DNA from: a virus
Lineage: Duplodnaviria > Caudoviricetes
Length of the DNA: 64,000 nucleotides
Virus record (IMG/VR): IMGVR_UViG_3300028888_000067
Span: 64,638-128,637 of that record
Reading direction: 5' to 3' (one strand)
The notes below the pieces were generated by a model. It was not told the origin of the DNA. It saw only the letters and a program-made list of their open reading frames with translations, and did not search any database. Shown here piece after piece: positions 20,934 through 30,153 of this stretch (positions are counted from its first letter, which is position 1; each line of letters starts with the position of its first letter). The position numbers and the translations under genes were made by a program.

Positions 20934-22178
20934 ATGGCAAAACAATCAGGAGTCTTTACAATTAGCGATTTGAACAAAGCATTGTCGAAAAATTCGAAGT
21001 TTGGCGCATTGCTGTCCGAAGGTGGCGGCACATCTAAAATCACCGAGTACATCCCTACAGGCAACTATCTTTTGAACGCTTGCATGAGTGGAAGCTTGCT
21101 GAAAGGAATACCCAACAACAGAAGCATCTGCTTAAGCGGTGAGTCCGGTGTTGGCAAGACGTATCTTCTGCTCAACATGTGCAGGGAAGCTCAGAAACTT
21201 GGCTATTTCATTATCTATTACGACAGTGAGAATGCTGTGGACGGTGAGATTGCCACGAAATTTGGAATAGATTTGTCAATGTTCAGATACGAGCCTGTGC
21301 AGACAGTCCAGGAATTCAGAAGCAATGTGACGAACATCATAGACACATTGATTGAACAGAAGGAGCAAGGCAACGAGATTCCAAAAGTGTTCATCGCATT
21401 GGACAGTGCCGGCAACCTTGCGTCACAGAAAGAAGTCGATGACGCGAAGTCTTATTCAGACAAAGCTGACTTGAGCCGCGCGAAGATGATGAAGTCAATC
21501 TTCCGTATCATGATGTCAAAACTCGGCATCATCGGGGGAACATTCGTCTTCACAAACCATGTCTACAAGACAATGGATTTGTATGCACAAGACACTCAAA
21601 GCGGCGGAACAGGTCTGGTGTATGGCGCTTCAATCATCCTGAATATGACAAAAGCGAAGTTGAAAGAAGGCTCTGAACAGACAGGAATCGTCGTCACAGC
21701 AAAGCCGCAGAAAAACCGTTTCTGCATTCCGACACCTGTGAAATTCCATATTTCATTCCAGAAGGGAATGAACCGTTATGTGGGTCTGCAGGACTATATG
21801 AGCTGGGATGCTTGTGGCGTTGGTAGAGGAAAGTTCATCAATGCAAAAGAATATTCAAAACTTGGTGAATCTGAAAAAGAGAAATGCAGAAAGCATCCGA
21901 TGAGCGATGACGTGTATTTCTTGCCAAGCGATACCGGAAGATATATCTGCACTGACCACCAGTTAGAGCCGTTCAAATGGTCAGAAGTATGTTCAAGCGG
22001 AGTGTGGACGCAAGACGCGATTGAAAGACTGGACAAGAATGTGATTGTCGGGATATTCGCCTACAATGACGCGAAGAACAATGATGACATCAAGACGATT
22101 CTTGACAATGATGAAGAATACAGCACGGATTCTATTGACGACACTGACGACATCATAAAACACCAGTTAGATGATTAA
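20934..22178 (+). CDS. uvsX: UvsX/RecA-like recombinase
   Basis: IPTGNYLLN, GESGVGKT Walker A, YYDSE, LDSAGNL, TNHVY, SGG.G..Y.AS. Confidence 0.92.
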   Translation: MAKQSGVFTISDLNKALSKNSKFGALLSEGGGTSKITEYIPTGNYLLNACMSGSLLKGIPNNRSICLSGESGVGKTYLLLNMCREAQKLGYFIIYYDSENAVDGEIATKFGIDLSMFRYEPVQTVQEFRSNVTNIIDTLIEQKEQGNEIPKVFIALDSAGNLASQKEVDDAKSYSDKADLSRAKMMKSIFRIMMSKLGIIGGTFVFTNHVYKTMDLYAQDTQSGGTGLVYGASIILNMTKAKLKEGSEQTGIVVTAKPQKNRFCIPTPVKFHISFQKGMNRYVGLQDYMSWDACGVGRGKFINAKEYSKLGESEKEKCRKHPMSDDVYFLPSDTGRYICTDHQLEPFKWSEVCSSGVWTQDAIERLDKNVIVGIFAYNDAKNNDDIKTILDNDEEYSTDSIDDTDDIIKHQLDD

Positions 22179-22419
22179 CGAAGACTTAGTCCCATTGAAA
22201 TACATAACTGGGTCTTACCGGTATGAAAAACGATATCCCACGGCAGAAGACTTGTTGTGGGATATTGTTAGTATTGAGAAAAAGTCAGTTACTGTAGAAT
22301 ACATAGACTGGATTGAGCCCGAGACGAGAGACCAGTTGCTTGAAGAACTTGTTGAGAGCAAGAACATAAAAATAAACAACGGAAAAATAACGATATTAAA
22401 GACAGACTGGGATGGATAA
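22171..22419 (+). CDS. Hypothetical protein
   Basis: Overlapping ORF between uvsX and the helicase. Confidence 0.65.
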   Translation: MINEDLVPLKYITGSYRYEKRYPTAEDLLWDIVSIEKKSVTVEYIDWIEPETRDQLLEELVESKNIKINNGKITILKTDWDG

Positions 22420-23104
22420 AGTCACAAACAACGAGCAAGTAGTGTTCAAGTATGTTCTTGACCACCCGATATATTACAAATACATAGACAAGTCGTTTTT
22501 CAAAAACAAAAGTCTTAGTGCATTGATACTCATTTCAAAAAGATTCTATGACCGCTACAAGGAGATTCCTTCTGAGCGGCAGATGCTTGCGCTTATACAT
22601 GATAGTTCTAAGATAGACATTGACCCCGAATTCATAAGTCTTGTCTATTCTATCGACACAGAATCATATGACCAAGAATGGCTCAAGGGGACGACTGAAG
22701 CTTGGATAAAGTGGAAGCATCTGAACAAGCAGTTAGTCGACAGTATTGAGATTGCTAAAATGACAGATGTCAACATAGACAATGTCGATGAAGTCGTGCA
22801 GAAAATCGTGGACACGATTGATGTATCCAATGAGGTGAACTTCACGTTTGATGAGGGACTTGACTTTTTCAATGCTGACAGCCACTACCAAGACACATCT
22901 AAAAAGATACCTTCTGGTTATAAATATATTGATATGATCACAGGAGGCTATGACGAGAAGACTCTCGTGTGTTATATCGGACAGTCTAACATTGGAAAAT
23001 GCGTATGCGGAGACAGCAGGATAAGAGTAAGGAACAAGAACACCGGTGAAATCGTCGAGATGGAAATCGGTGATTTTTATAAAATGATAGCAAACAGAAA
23101 GTGA
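22412..23104 (+). CDS. gp41: gp41/DnaB-type replicative helicase N-terminal half fused to a 34-aa split-intein N-fragment
   Basis: GLDFF, KIPSGY..ID..TGG, truncated Walker A GQSNIGK followed by the intein block A-like CVCGDSRI; stop 34 aa later. Confidence 0.8.
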   Translation: MDKVTNNEQVVFKYVLDHPIYYKYIDKSFFKNKSLSALILISKRFYDRYKEIPSERQMLALIHDSSKIDIDPEFISLVYSIDTESYDQEWLKGTTEAWIKWKHLNKQLVDSIEIAKMTDVNIDNVDEVVQKIVDTIDVSNEVNFTFDEGLDFFNADSHYQDTSKKIPSGYKYIDMITGGYDEKTLVCYIGQSNIGKCVCGDSRIRVRNKNTGEIVEMEIGDFYKMIANRK

Positions 23105-23106
23105 TT

Positions 23107-23598
23107 ATGGCTGAACGGATAGATGTAGGCAAACTACGTGGAGCTTATTACAACAACAGCAAAGACTCATATTCAGACAGCACATCGCTGTCTAACATGA
23201 AGCAGAGTTTGTCTTTAGAGAATGACGCACTGCTCGTCAATGGCCCTGATGCGTCGTTCAATGATGTGGAGACTATGATCGTCGAACACATAAAAACTAT
23301 GCCGGTCGCAGACTACAATGACATCTCCAACAAAGACAGCAAGACGCTTGCTGACATTGAAGCTTACACTAATCTCATAAACGTGATTGCGATGTTCAAC
23401 GACATCGCTTCTTTGTCTACAATAATACTCATATACTGTGACTATTTCAATCTGAAATACCATAAAGTGATAATGGAACTTCCGAATGGCTTGAAGCTTA
23501 AACTATATGATGAGCTGAAGATGCACACACGTGATCATTCGATACTAGAAAGCTTGTTCGGGTTTGAAAGTGGCAGTCACGTAAAAAGACTTTTCTAA
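23107..23598 (+). CDS. Hypothetical protein (weak resemblance to the gp33 late coactivator)
   Basis: IILIYCDYFNL..KVI..L...LKLKLYDE pattern; resemblance only. Confidence 0.55.
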   Translation: MAERIDVGKLRGAYYNNSKDSYSDSTSLSNMKQSLSLENDALLVNGPDASFNDVETMIVEHIKTMPVADYNDISNKDSKTLADIEAYTNLINVIAMFNDIASLSTIILIYCDYFNLKYHKVIMELPNGLKLKLYDELKMHTRDHSILESLFGFESGSHVKRLF

Positions 23599-24641
23599 TG
23601 GCAAAAATCTGGATAATTTCTGACACTCATTTTGGAGTGAAAAACAACTCGAAGAGATGGGAGGACCTGATGCAGGGATGGATGGACAAGTTCTTTTTCC
23701 CATTGTTAGACAATGAAGTTGAAGACGGCGATGTGTTCGTCCATTGCGGCGACATTTTCGACAACAGGCAGAGTGTCGGACTTTCTACGATGAACATCTG
23801 CATAGGCTTCTTTGAAAGACTTTCAAAATATTTCAAAGAAATGTATCTGCTTTGTGGCAATCACGACGCTTACTACACGACGAAGAATGACATCACTTCG
23901 CTTGAATGCTTGAAACATATTCCAGGCGTGAATGTGATAAAGACCCCGTTAGTGAAGACTGTTCTCGGGAAGACTATGTGTTTCATCCCGTGGACAGAAG
24001 ACACCCGTGTGTTCGAGAAAATAGCTGGCATAGACACGAAACCGGATGTGCTGTTCTGCCATGCTGAGTTCAACGGATGCATAATGAATTCTTATGGCAG
24101 CAAGTCAGAAAACGAGCTTGGCGTCCCAGATGTCTCTAAAATCTATTCTGGACATATACACCACAAGCACAAGCACTGCAATGCGACATATGTCGGATCA
24201 CCATATCAGTTGACTCAGAATGACAGGAACAACAACAAATGCGTGTGGACATTCGATCCGGAAACATTAGAAGAACATGTGTATTTCAACACATATTCTC
24301 CGGAATTCATAAGAGTGAAATATGAAAGTATAAGTGACATGACATTCGGCGAGTTCAAGAAAATGTGCGAGAACCGTTTTGTCGAAATCGAAACAGACTA
24401 CAAGCTAATGTCAAAGTGCAGATTCCAGAAACTGATTTCTCTGGTGAATGACAACTATGACATAAAAGACTTGTCTTTCTATCCGACGAAGAAAGATGAG
24501 AATGAAAACCAAGATATAAATATTTCTGATTGCATGTCTATCACTGAAATGCTAGACAAATACATTGATGAAATGGTTGTTTGCGATCCAGCAACGAAAA
24601 AGTCTGTAAGAACAATTGCAAAAAAACTTATACATGAATAA
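23598..24641 (+). CDS. gp47: Recombination endonuclease gp47 (Mre11/SbcD)
   Basis: SDTHFG, GDIFDNR, GNHD, HAE, SGHIH, YVGSPYQ. Confidence 0.9.
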   Translation: MAKIWIISDTHFGVKNNSKRWEDLMQGWMDKFFFPLLDNEVEDGDVFVHCGDIFDNRQSVGLSTMNICIGFFERLSKYFKEMYLLCGNHDAYYTTKNDITSLECLKHIPGVNVIKTPLVKTVLGKTMCFIPWTEDTRVFEKIAGIDTKPDVLFCHAEFNGCIMNSYGSKSENELGVPDVSKIYSGHIHHKHKHCNATYVGSPYQLTQNDRNNNKCVWTFDPETLEEHVYFNTYSPEFIRVKYESISDMTFGEFKKMCENRFVEIETDYKLMSKCRFQKLISLVNDNYDIKDLSFYPTKKDENENQDINISDCMSITEMLDKYIDEMVVCDPATKKSVRTIAKKLIHE

Positions 24642-25035
24642 GAGACAAAACCGCGAAGAAATCGAGTCAGCGTTAGAAATCATTGCCAAAACCGGCGAGC
24701 ATGTGGTTCATGACGCAGACGAGAACGCACAGATCGGATGGTGTGAGCTGAATATCGGCGACACAGTGTATTTCAAGACATTTGATGACGTCAATGATGT
24801 GCTCACTGTTTCAAAGGGCGAAATAATCGAAATCATTTCATCAGAAAAGAAAGTGATGAACAAGCCAGACAACAACATGAAGACAGATGGCTGGCACAGA
24901 GAACGGACAATCACATACCGCGTCAGATGGAACGGGATGACTGCAGCCATAGATTCGAGATATGTGTTCACAGACAAACTTGACGCGACACTTGCAGCAA
25001 TCTGCGAAACAGCAAAAACTTATTTCACAGTATAA
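24634..25035 (+). CDS. Hypothetical protein (SH3-like)
   Basis: ATG at 24634; IGDTVYF. Confidence 0.65.
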   Translation: MNKRQNREEIESALEIIAKTGEHVVHDADENAQIGWCELNIGDTVYFKTFDDVNDVLTVSKGEIIEIISSEKKVMNKPDNNMKTDGWHRERTITYRVRWNGMTAAIDSRYVFTDKLDATLAAICETAKTYFTV

Positions 25036-25045
25036 TAATACATTT

Positions 25046-25060
25046 TTTTGTTATATTAAA
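25046..25060 (+). promoter_or_regulatory. TTTTGTTATATTAAA promoter-like motif
   Basis: Copy of the repeated motif. Confidence 0.65.
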
Positions 25061-25070
25061 CTATAACCAA

Positions 25071-25844
25071 ATGAATTGTATTATGACTAGCAAAAACGAG
25101 CACATTGTATTTTTCGACATCGAAACCACCGGTGTAGACATCAACGAAGACCGCATTATCCAGATTGGACTTGTCAAGACAGACCAGCAACTCAATGTCA
25201 TCGACTCCATCGAGCAGAAAATCAATCCTGATGGAGTGAAGTCCCGTCCCGAAGCTTTAGAGAAACACAAGATCACTGATGAAGAGCTGCTCCAGTATCC
25301 AAAATTTGGAGAGGTTGTTGACCAGATTCTTGACTTCATGGAAGGGTGTGATCTTGGCGGCCACAACATCGTGAAGTTCGACATTCCGTTCTTCATGAAA
25401 GAATGCGAGCGTCACAACAAGTATTTCACCATTGAGAAACGCAGACTCATCGACACGAAACTTCTTGACAACCACTACAATTTCCGCACGCTTGGCAGCA
25501 TTCACCAAGAATACTGTCCTGACAGTGAGCTTGGATGCGATGAGCACGATGCTCTGTGCGACACTCACATGTCAATTGAAGTCTACAAGGCGATGCTAGA
25601 AAAACACCAGCCTGATGCTGCTGAAGTCGATGAAGTCGTCGGGAACAACAGACGAATTGATGTCGCTGGATTCTTCGTCCTTGGCGAGACTGGTGCCGTA
25701 GAAATGGGCAAGGGAAAATACGCAGGCAAGTCAGTCGTGATGGTTGACCCGTCTTACTTTGAATGGATGATGAAGCAAGACTTTCCAAAAGAGACAATCA
25801 ATCTTGCTTCTCGGTGCTTGGCTTTCCGCCGTCGCCAGATTTGA
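25071..25844 (+). CDS. DEDDh 3'-5' exonuclease (DnaQ-like)
   Basis: FFDIETTG, GHN..FDIP, HDALCD; C-terminal GKYAG motif. Confidence 0.9.
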   Translation: MNCIMTSKNEHIVFFDIETTGVDINEDRIIQIGLVKTDQQLNVIDSIEQKINPDGVKSRPEALEKHKITDEELLQYPKFGEVVDQILDFMEGCDLGGHNIVKFDIPFFMKECERHNKYFTIEKRRLIDTKLLDNHYNFRTLGSIHQEYCPDSELGCDEHDALCDTHMSIEVYKAMLEKHQPDAAEVDEVVGNNRRIDVAGFFVLGETGAVEMGKGKYAGKSVVMVDPSYFEWMMKQDFPKETINLASRCLAFRRRQI

Positions 25845-26013
25845 TGAACTCTTCAAAAGACATGATGGCATGCCCAGGCATCTGCTTGTAAACCCGGGTT
25901 TTCTTTCTCTTTGGTCTGGCAATCACATCGCCAGAACCCGGGTTCCCGTTTTCAGGAAACTTTATCGGTCCCATAGAACCGGCAGGAACATTCGGATTTA
26001 AAGTCTCACACAT
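25798..26013 (-). CDS. Small Pro/Gly-rich protein, likely late
   Basis: GSMG, GSGD, IMSFEEFIK; GATAAATA upstream (26040-26047, -); convergent 47-bp overlap with the exonuclease. Confidence 0.5.
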   Translation of the reverse strand: MCETLNPNVPAGSMGPIKFPENGNPGSGDVIARPKRKKTRVYKQMPGHAIMSFEEFIKSGDGGKPSTEKQD

Positions 26014-26028
26014 TTTTGTTATATTAAA
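26014..26028 (+). promoter_or_regulatory. TTTTGTTATATTAAA promoter-like motif
   Basis: Copy of the repeated motif. Confidence 0.65.
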
Positions 26029-26047
26029 TTATAATAATATATTTATC

Positions 26048-26527
26048 ATGGACAAGAATTTGTTTTACTGTAATTATGAAACTTGCATGTTGTTGAAGCA
26101 AAAAGGCTTCAATGAAATGTGTGAAGTTTTTTATGGCGATGCATTTCTCTACAAGGGTGAATACATCATCCCAAATCACGTATATGTCTACCGTGTCGAA
26201 GGAAAGACGGTTGATGTGGAACATGGTGGATGGCTGTACCATATGACCAACAAGAATTACGATGGGTATATGGACGATGATTCTTGCTCTGTCGTGTCAC
26301 ATCCTGTCGCAGTCAAATGGCTGTTTGAGAAAACGGGAATGTTCATATCAGTGAAGCCCTATGTGACGGCGGAAGGATTTTTCTATTCATGTGATCTGCT
26401 TGAATTGAGAAAACTGCAGGATGACATGGGAGTCTACTCTGTGTTGAAGAAAGCTGGTTTTGAGAAACCAGAAGATGCTTATGAATATGGCATAAAAGAA
26501 ACATTGAAGTTAATGAAACAAAGTTAG
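26048..26527 (+). CDS. Hypothetical protein
   Basis: ET..LLKQKGFNE..., 159 aa. Confidence 0.7.
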   Translation: MDKNLFYCNYETCMLLKQKGFNEMCEVFYGDAFLYKGEYIIPNHVYVYRVEGKTVDVEHGGWLYHMTNKNYDGYMDDDSCSVVSHPVAVKWLFEKTGMFISVKPYVTAEGFFYSCDLLELRKLQDDMGVYSVLKKAGFEKPEDAYEYGIKETLKLMKQS

Positions 26528-26554
26528 TCAAACAATTATTATAGAAGATTTATT

Positions 26555-26803
26555 ATGGAAACTGTTGATGAAACATTTAAACACTGTGATGATTTAATCA
26601 AAAACAGCCAAGAAACATTGAAGGAAATGAAAGAGATGGAAAATAACATCAATTTCCTCATCAATGAATACAAGACGAATCCAGGTTATTTTAAAGATGA
26701 TGATGGCCCTGTAACGATTGAAGATGTCATCAAGACAACCTTCAATTTTGCGTGGGCTTCTCAGAAACTTTATGACTTTAACAAAAACAGAAACCATGAG
26801 TGA
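26555..26803 (+). CDS. Hypothetical protein
   Basis: 82-aa ORF. Confidence 0.65.
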   Translation: METVDETFKHCDDLIKNSQETLKEMKEMENNINFLINEYKTNPGYFKDDDGPVTIEDVIKTTFNFAWASQKLYDFNKNRNHE

Positions 26804-27152
26804 TTACGTAAGAAACAAAGCGGTAATGTATCCGATTGATGAAAAGCTTGCCAATGATACATTATACAATGAAATTGAAGAACCGTTCTTCATCGAATGC
26901 TTTGACGACGGAAATAAAATAACTTATTATTTGTGTTATGAGCTTTATCACACTTACGGTGAAGAATCTGGTGATTTCGGTAGAAGTAGAGTCTTGACCG
27001 AAACCGAACAGGAAAAATACAGCAAGCTGTTTTCTGACTACTTGAATATTACAGACACAAAACTGTTCAAGTATGTAGACTATTGCTATTACAATGCTTG
27101 TGAATGCAATGACTACTATCTGGATCATGATGACTTTTATGATGAAATTTGA
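26796..27152 (+). CDS. Hypothetical acidic protein (YCYYN.C motif)
   Basis: ATG at 26796 (MSDYVRNK). Confidence 0.7.
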   Translation: MSDYVRNKAVMYPIDEKLANDTLYNEIEEPFFIECFDDGNKITYYLCYELYHTYGEESGDFGRSRVLTETEQEKYSKLFSDYLNITDTKLFKYVDYCYYNACECNDYYLDHDDFYDEI

Positions 27153-27154
27153 TT

Positions 27155-27379
27155 ATGAGTAAAACAAAGCACATGCGGATAACGCCGCGGATAGCGAAGC
27201 TCAAGAAACAATATGACAATATCAGCCGGCAAGTTGAAGGAATCATTGTTGTAAGCGAATACGACAGATTATTTTATGGATTGCTTGACGAAAAACGGCG
27301 GATCATACGCGACAGGATGAATGCGCTTATAGGGTCGGACTATTATGATTTCAAGAAAAAAATAATTGTTATTTATTAA
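27155..27379 (+). CDS. Hypothetical protein
   Basis: ATG at 27155. Confidence 0.55.
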   Translation: MSKTKHMRITPRIAKLKKQYDNISRQVEGIIVVSEYDRLFYGLLDEKRRIIRDRMNALIGSDYYDFKKKIIVIY

Positions 27380-27389
27380 ATACAAGAAT

Positions 27390-28094
27390 ATGAAAAGACA
27401 GATAAGGCTTGGCACGTTTGAGACGAATTCCAGTTCGACGCACACTATCGCGATAGCGAAACATCTGACGAACGACAATATTGACCGGCGTATCGGCAAA
27501 TACGATTTGTACGACGAATGGGAAGAAGGCGAATTCGAATTCGGCAGGCAGCCGAAAATCGAGAATTCGGCGGGAAAACGTATCGCCTACGCTGTTCTCG
27601 TGTTTCTCAATTATCCTAATGAAATTGTTCCCGTCGAAAAACGACGGGAGTTTTACGGAAAAATATACAATATAATCGACCATAATCTGCCGGACAAACC
27701 GGAATCCGTTTACGATACTCCGAAAGAGACCGTTATCGCCGGTGTCATGAAACTTATACAATTCTGTGAATGGGCAAGCTATTGCTGGCTCAACGAATGG
27801 ACTCCGACATACACAGCGGAAAACGAGATTATAAACCATGAGCATTACGCATATGTCGACCATTGCGAAAGCGCGAGAAAATTTTATGAAAAAATAACCA
27901 CGGACGATTCCGCCCTTGAACGGTTCATAATGGCGAAGAACAGTTTCGCATACGCCGGAGGAGACGAATGGAACGGTTATTATATGCCAAGAGTCGGTTT
28001 TGAATATGATTACGATGACGACAAGGAGTTTTTCAAAGCGGCGAAATCTATGGCGAAAAAACTCGATGTCGAGCTTTTTTTCAAAGGAAATTGA
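27390..28094 (+). CDS. FETNSSS-motif protein A (long type)
   Basis: MKRQIRLGTFETNSSSTH...YVDH...GGD...FKGN. Confidence 0.8.
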   Translation: MKRQIRLGTFETNSSSTHTIAIAKHLTNDNIDRRIGKYDLYDEWEEGEFEFGRQPKIENSAGKRIAYAVLVFLNYPNEIVPVEKRREFYGKIYNIIDHNLPDKPESVYDTPKETVIAGVMKLIQFCEWASYCWLNEWTPTYTAENEIINHEHYAYVDHCESARKFYEKITTDDSALERFIMAKNSFAYAGGDEWNGYYMPRVGFEYDYDDDKEFFKAAKSMAKKLDVELFFKGN

Positions 28095-28122
28095 TAATTT
28101 ATTACTTTAAAAACTTAATAAT

Positions 28123-28464
28123 ATGAAAAGACAAATTAGAATGGGTGTGTTCGAGACTAATTCCAGTTCGACACACAGCTTAGCGCTCTTCAACAAAGAG
28201 GAGTATGAGAAATTCAAAAACAACGAGACATTGCTTAAGTATGATCTCCAGACTATCTTGACTGAAGAAGAGTGCAATGCTTTGAAGACAGATGAATACG
28301 AGAAGTTCATCCAGCAGAATGATCTTGAAGATGACATGTCAGCTCTTGCAGAATTCGTTGATGACTACTACAGCTATGATTCAATGAATGAATATGAGAT
28401 CCTTGAGGAAGAAGTCCCCGGAACAGATTATGTCGCAGTGTCGTTTTTCTCTTATGAAGGCTAG
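28123..28464 (+). CDS. FETNSSS-motif protein B (short acidic type)
   Basis: MKRQIRMGVFETNSSSTH. Confidence 0.8.
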   Translation: MKRQIRMGVFETNSSSTHSLALFNKEEYEKFKNNETLLKYDLQTILTEEECNALKTDEYEKFIQQNDLEDDMSALAEFVDDYYSYDSMNEYEILEEEVPGTDYVAVSFFSYEG

Positions 28465-28466
28465 TC

Positions 28467-28718
28467 ATGGCAGTTGCTGAATTGAGGTTTTCAAAAGAAG
28501 TCGCAAAACTTCTTTTTGAAAAGTACAAATACCAGACAATTGTGTTTGGAAAGATAAAGCAGCTTCTGGGCTGTGACAATGACTATGCGAACGATGTCAT
28601 GGAAGGGAGAGCAGACTTGACTATCAGTGAAGTGTCAGGACTGCTTGGGAAGGAAGAATTCATAAGAATCGTCAAACAATTAAATGAAGAAAAATGGAAC
28701 TCACGAAACATGAAGTAA
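28467..28718 (+). CDS. Hypothetical protein
   Basis: 83-aa ORF. Confidence 0.6.
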   Translation: MAVAELRFSKEVAKLLFEKYKYQTIVFGKIKQLLGCDNDYANDVMEGRADLTISEVSGLLGKEEFIRIVKQLNEEKWNSRNMK

Positions 28719-29533
28719 GAGAAATCATACAGAAACCCGGAATCGACGGGATGATCGAACACATTGACTATTGTGCTGGAGTCTGCTACAACAGGCATGG
28801 GCTCAGCAAAGACTCATACAGATTTGTCAGGAGCTTGTATGACAAAAGGCATATGCGGCCGTTAGAGTTTGGCACAGCGAATCTGGCGATACCGTTCATC
28901 GATTTCATCAATGACACCACAGGAAAACTGTACAGCATTCTTGACTCGCCATACACGAAAAGCTTCTATGACAATAACGACAAGATGCGGTACATCACGA
29001 CTAACTTCAGAGGCATCTGTGAAGTGTTTGGCAGCTTTGATGACGCTTTAGACTTTGTAAGGAACTATCATTCAGAGCAATCATATTTTGTCAGACGGAC
29101 AGCCGCTTGGAAATGCGCGAGAGTAATCGCTGATGAGTTCCGCACGCACGTCACTCTGTCATCACTTATGAAAAGCACAAGATATGTGAATGAGATGAAG
29201 AACGGGATGTCATTCACGATTCCGTATTGGTTTGAATATAATGAGAATGGAGAATATCCTGAAGACAGCAAAGAGTGGCTTTTCTGCAGCCAGTGCGAAG
29301 ACACTGAAATCCGGTACAACAGATGCATCAATGAGTTTAACATGAAACCACAAGAAGCTAGAGACTTCCTTCCACTCGGACTTGAGACTGAACTGTACCA
29401 GTGCGGGTTCATTGGAATCGATGGAACCGGATGGAACAGGTTCTTCGAAATGAGGATAGATCCGGCAGCGCATCCTGATGCACAAGTGCTTGCTACAGAA
29501 CTGAAAGCTATCTTTGAGAAATCTCCAATGTAA
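28694..29533 (+). CDS. thyX: FAD-dependent thymidylate synthase
   Basis: A.VCY, H..PLEF, EFRTH..SS..KSTRY, PQEAR..LP, W..F...R...AAHPD. Confidence 0.85.
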   Translation: MELTKHEVREIIQKPGIDGMIEHIDYCAGVCYNRHGLSKDSYRFVRSLYDKRHMRPLEFGTANLAIPFIDFINDTTGKLYSILDSPYTKSFYDNNDKMRYITTNFRGICEVFGSFDDALDFVRNYHSEQSYFVRRTAAWKCARVIADEFRTHVTLSSLMKSTRYVNEMKNGMSFTIPYWFEYNENGEYPEDSKEWLFCSQCEDTEIRYNRCINEFNMKPQEARDFLPLGLETELYQCGFIGIDGTGWNRFFEMRIDPAAHPDAQVLATELKAIFEKSPM

Positions 29534-29546
29534 AACCTGCTCATTC

Positions 29547-29558
29547 TTTTGTTATATA
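29547..29558 (+). promoter_or_regulatory. TTTTGTTATATA promoter-like motif
   Basis: One-mismatch copy of the repeated motif. Confidence 0.55.
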
Positions 29559-29572
29559 CAATAAAATGAACA

Positions 29573-30073
29573 ATGATGGAAAAGAAGAAAGTGTATCTTG
29601 CCTCATCGATGGAACCGCAGTTCCGAGAAAGCATCAAGTATGCTGCTGAGATTCTGCGCCACACTTTTGAAGATGTGTATGTGCCAATGGAACATACTAT
29701 CACAAATGCCTGGGACTACCCGAACAATGAATGGGGACTTATGGTGTTTGAAGATGATATGCATGCAATCAACAGATCAGACTATGTCATTGTTCTGAAC
29801 TATGGCAGGAAGAACACGACTGCAGGCTGTGCTTGGGAAGCAGGATACGCTTTTGCTCTTGGAAAGAAAGTGTTCATTGTTGATGTCTATGATCCGAAAC
29901 GGCCGGACATAAAAACGAAAAGTGATGAGACAAGGGAATACTTCAAAGACAAGTTCATCACTTCACTTATGATTGAGAATGGTAGATACGCTACAATCAA
30001 TGGACTTTATGGACTTGAATGTTATGACTGGAAAAACTTGCCGCGAGAAAGGACATTATATGAACAGAAATAA
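29573..30073 (+). CDS. Nucleoside 2-deoxyribosyltransferase-like / dNMP N-glycosidase
   Basis: KVYLAS, VF..D..AI..SD, G.AWE.GYA.ALGK. Confidence 0.85.
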   Translation: MMEKKKVYLASSMEPQFRESIKYAAEILRHTFEDVYVPMEHTITNAWDYPNNEWGLMVFEDDMHAINRSDYVIVLNYGRKNTTAGCAWEAGYAFALGKKVFIVDVYDPKRPDIKTKSDETREYFKDKFITSLMIENGRYATINGLYGLECYDWKNLPRERTLYEQK

Positions 30074-30153
30074 GCTGGATATATAATTTATTGTCTATTA
30101 CTGAAAAGTTTGCTAGAAGTCATTAGATGAACATTAGAAGCTAAATATAGAAT

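Noticed and set aside
23107-23598. ORF after the split helicase as IntC or a homing endonuclease
   Set aside because: No HN|S junction, helicase motifs, or LAGLIDADG/HNH/GIY-YIG signature; the gp33 resemblance is too weak to name the gene.
29068-29703. 211-aa minus-strand ORF (also 48497-49171, 224 aa)
   Set aside because: These lie antisense to thyX/NDT and to the AAA ATPase, with no recognisable motifs.
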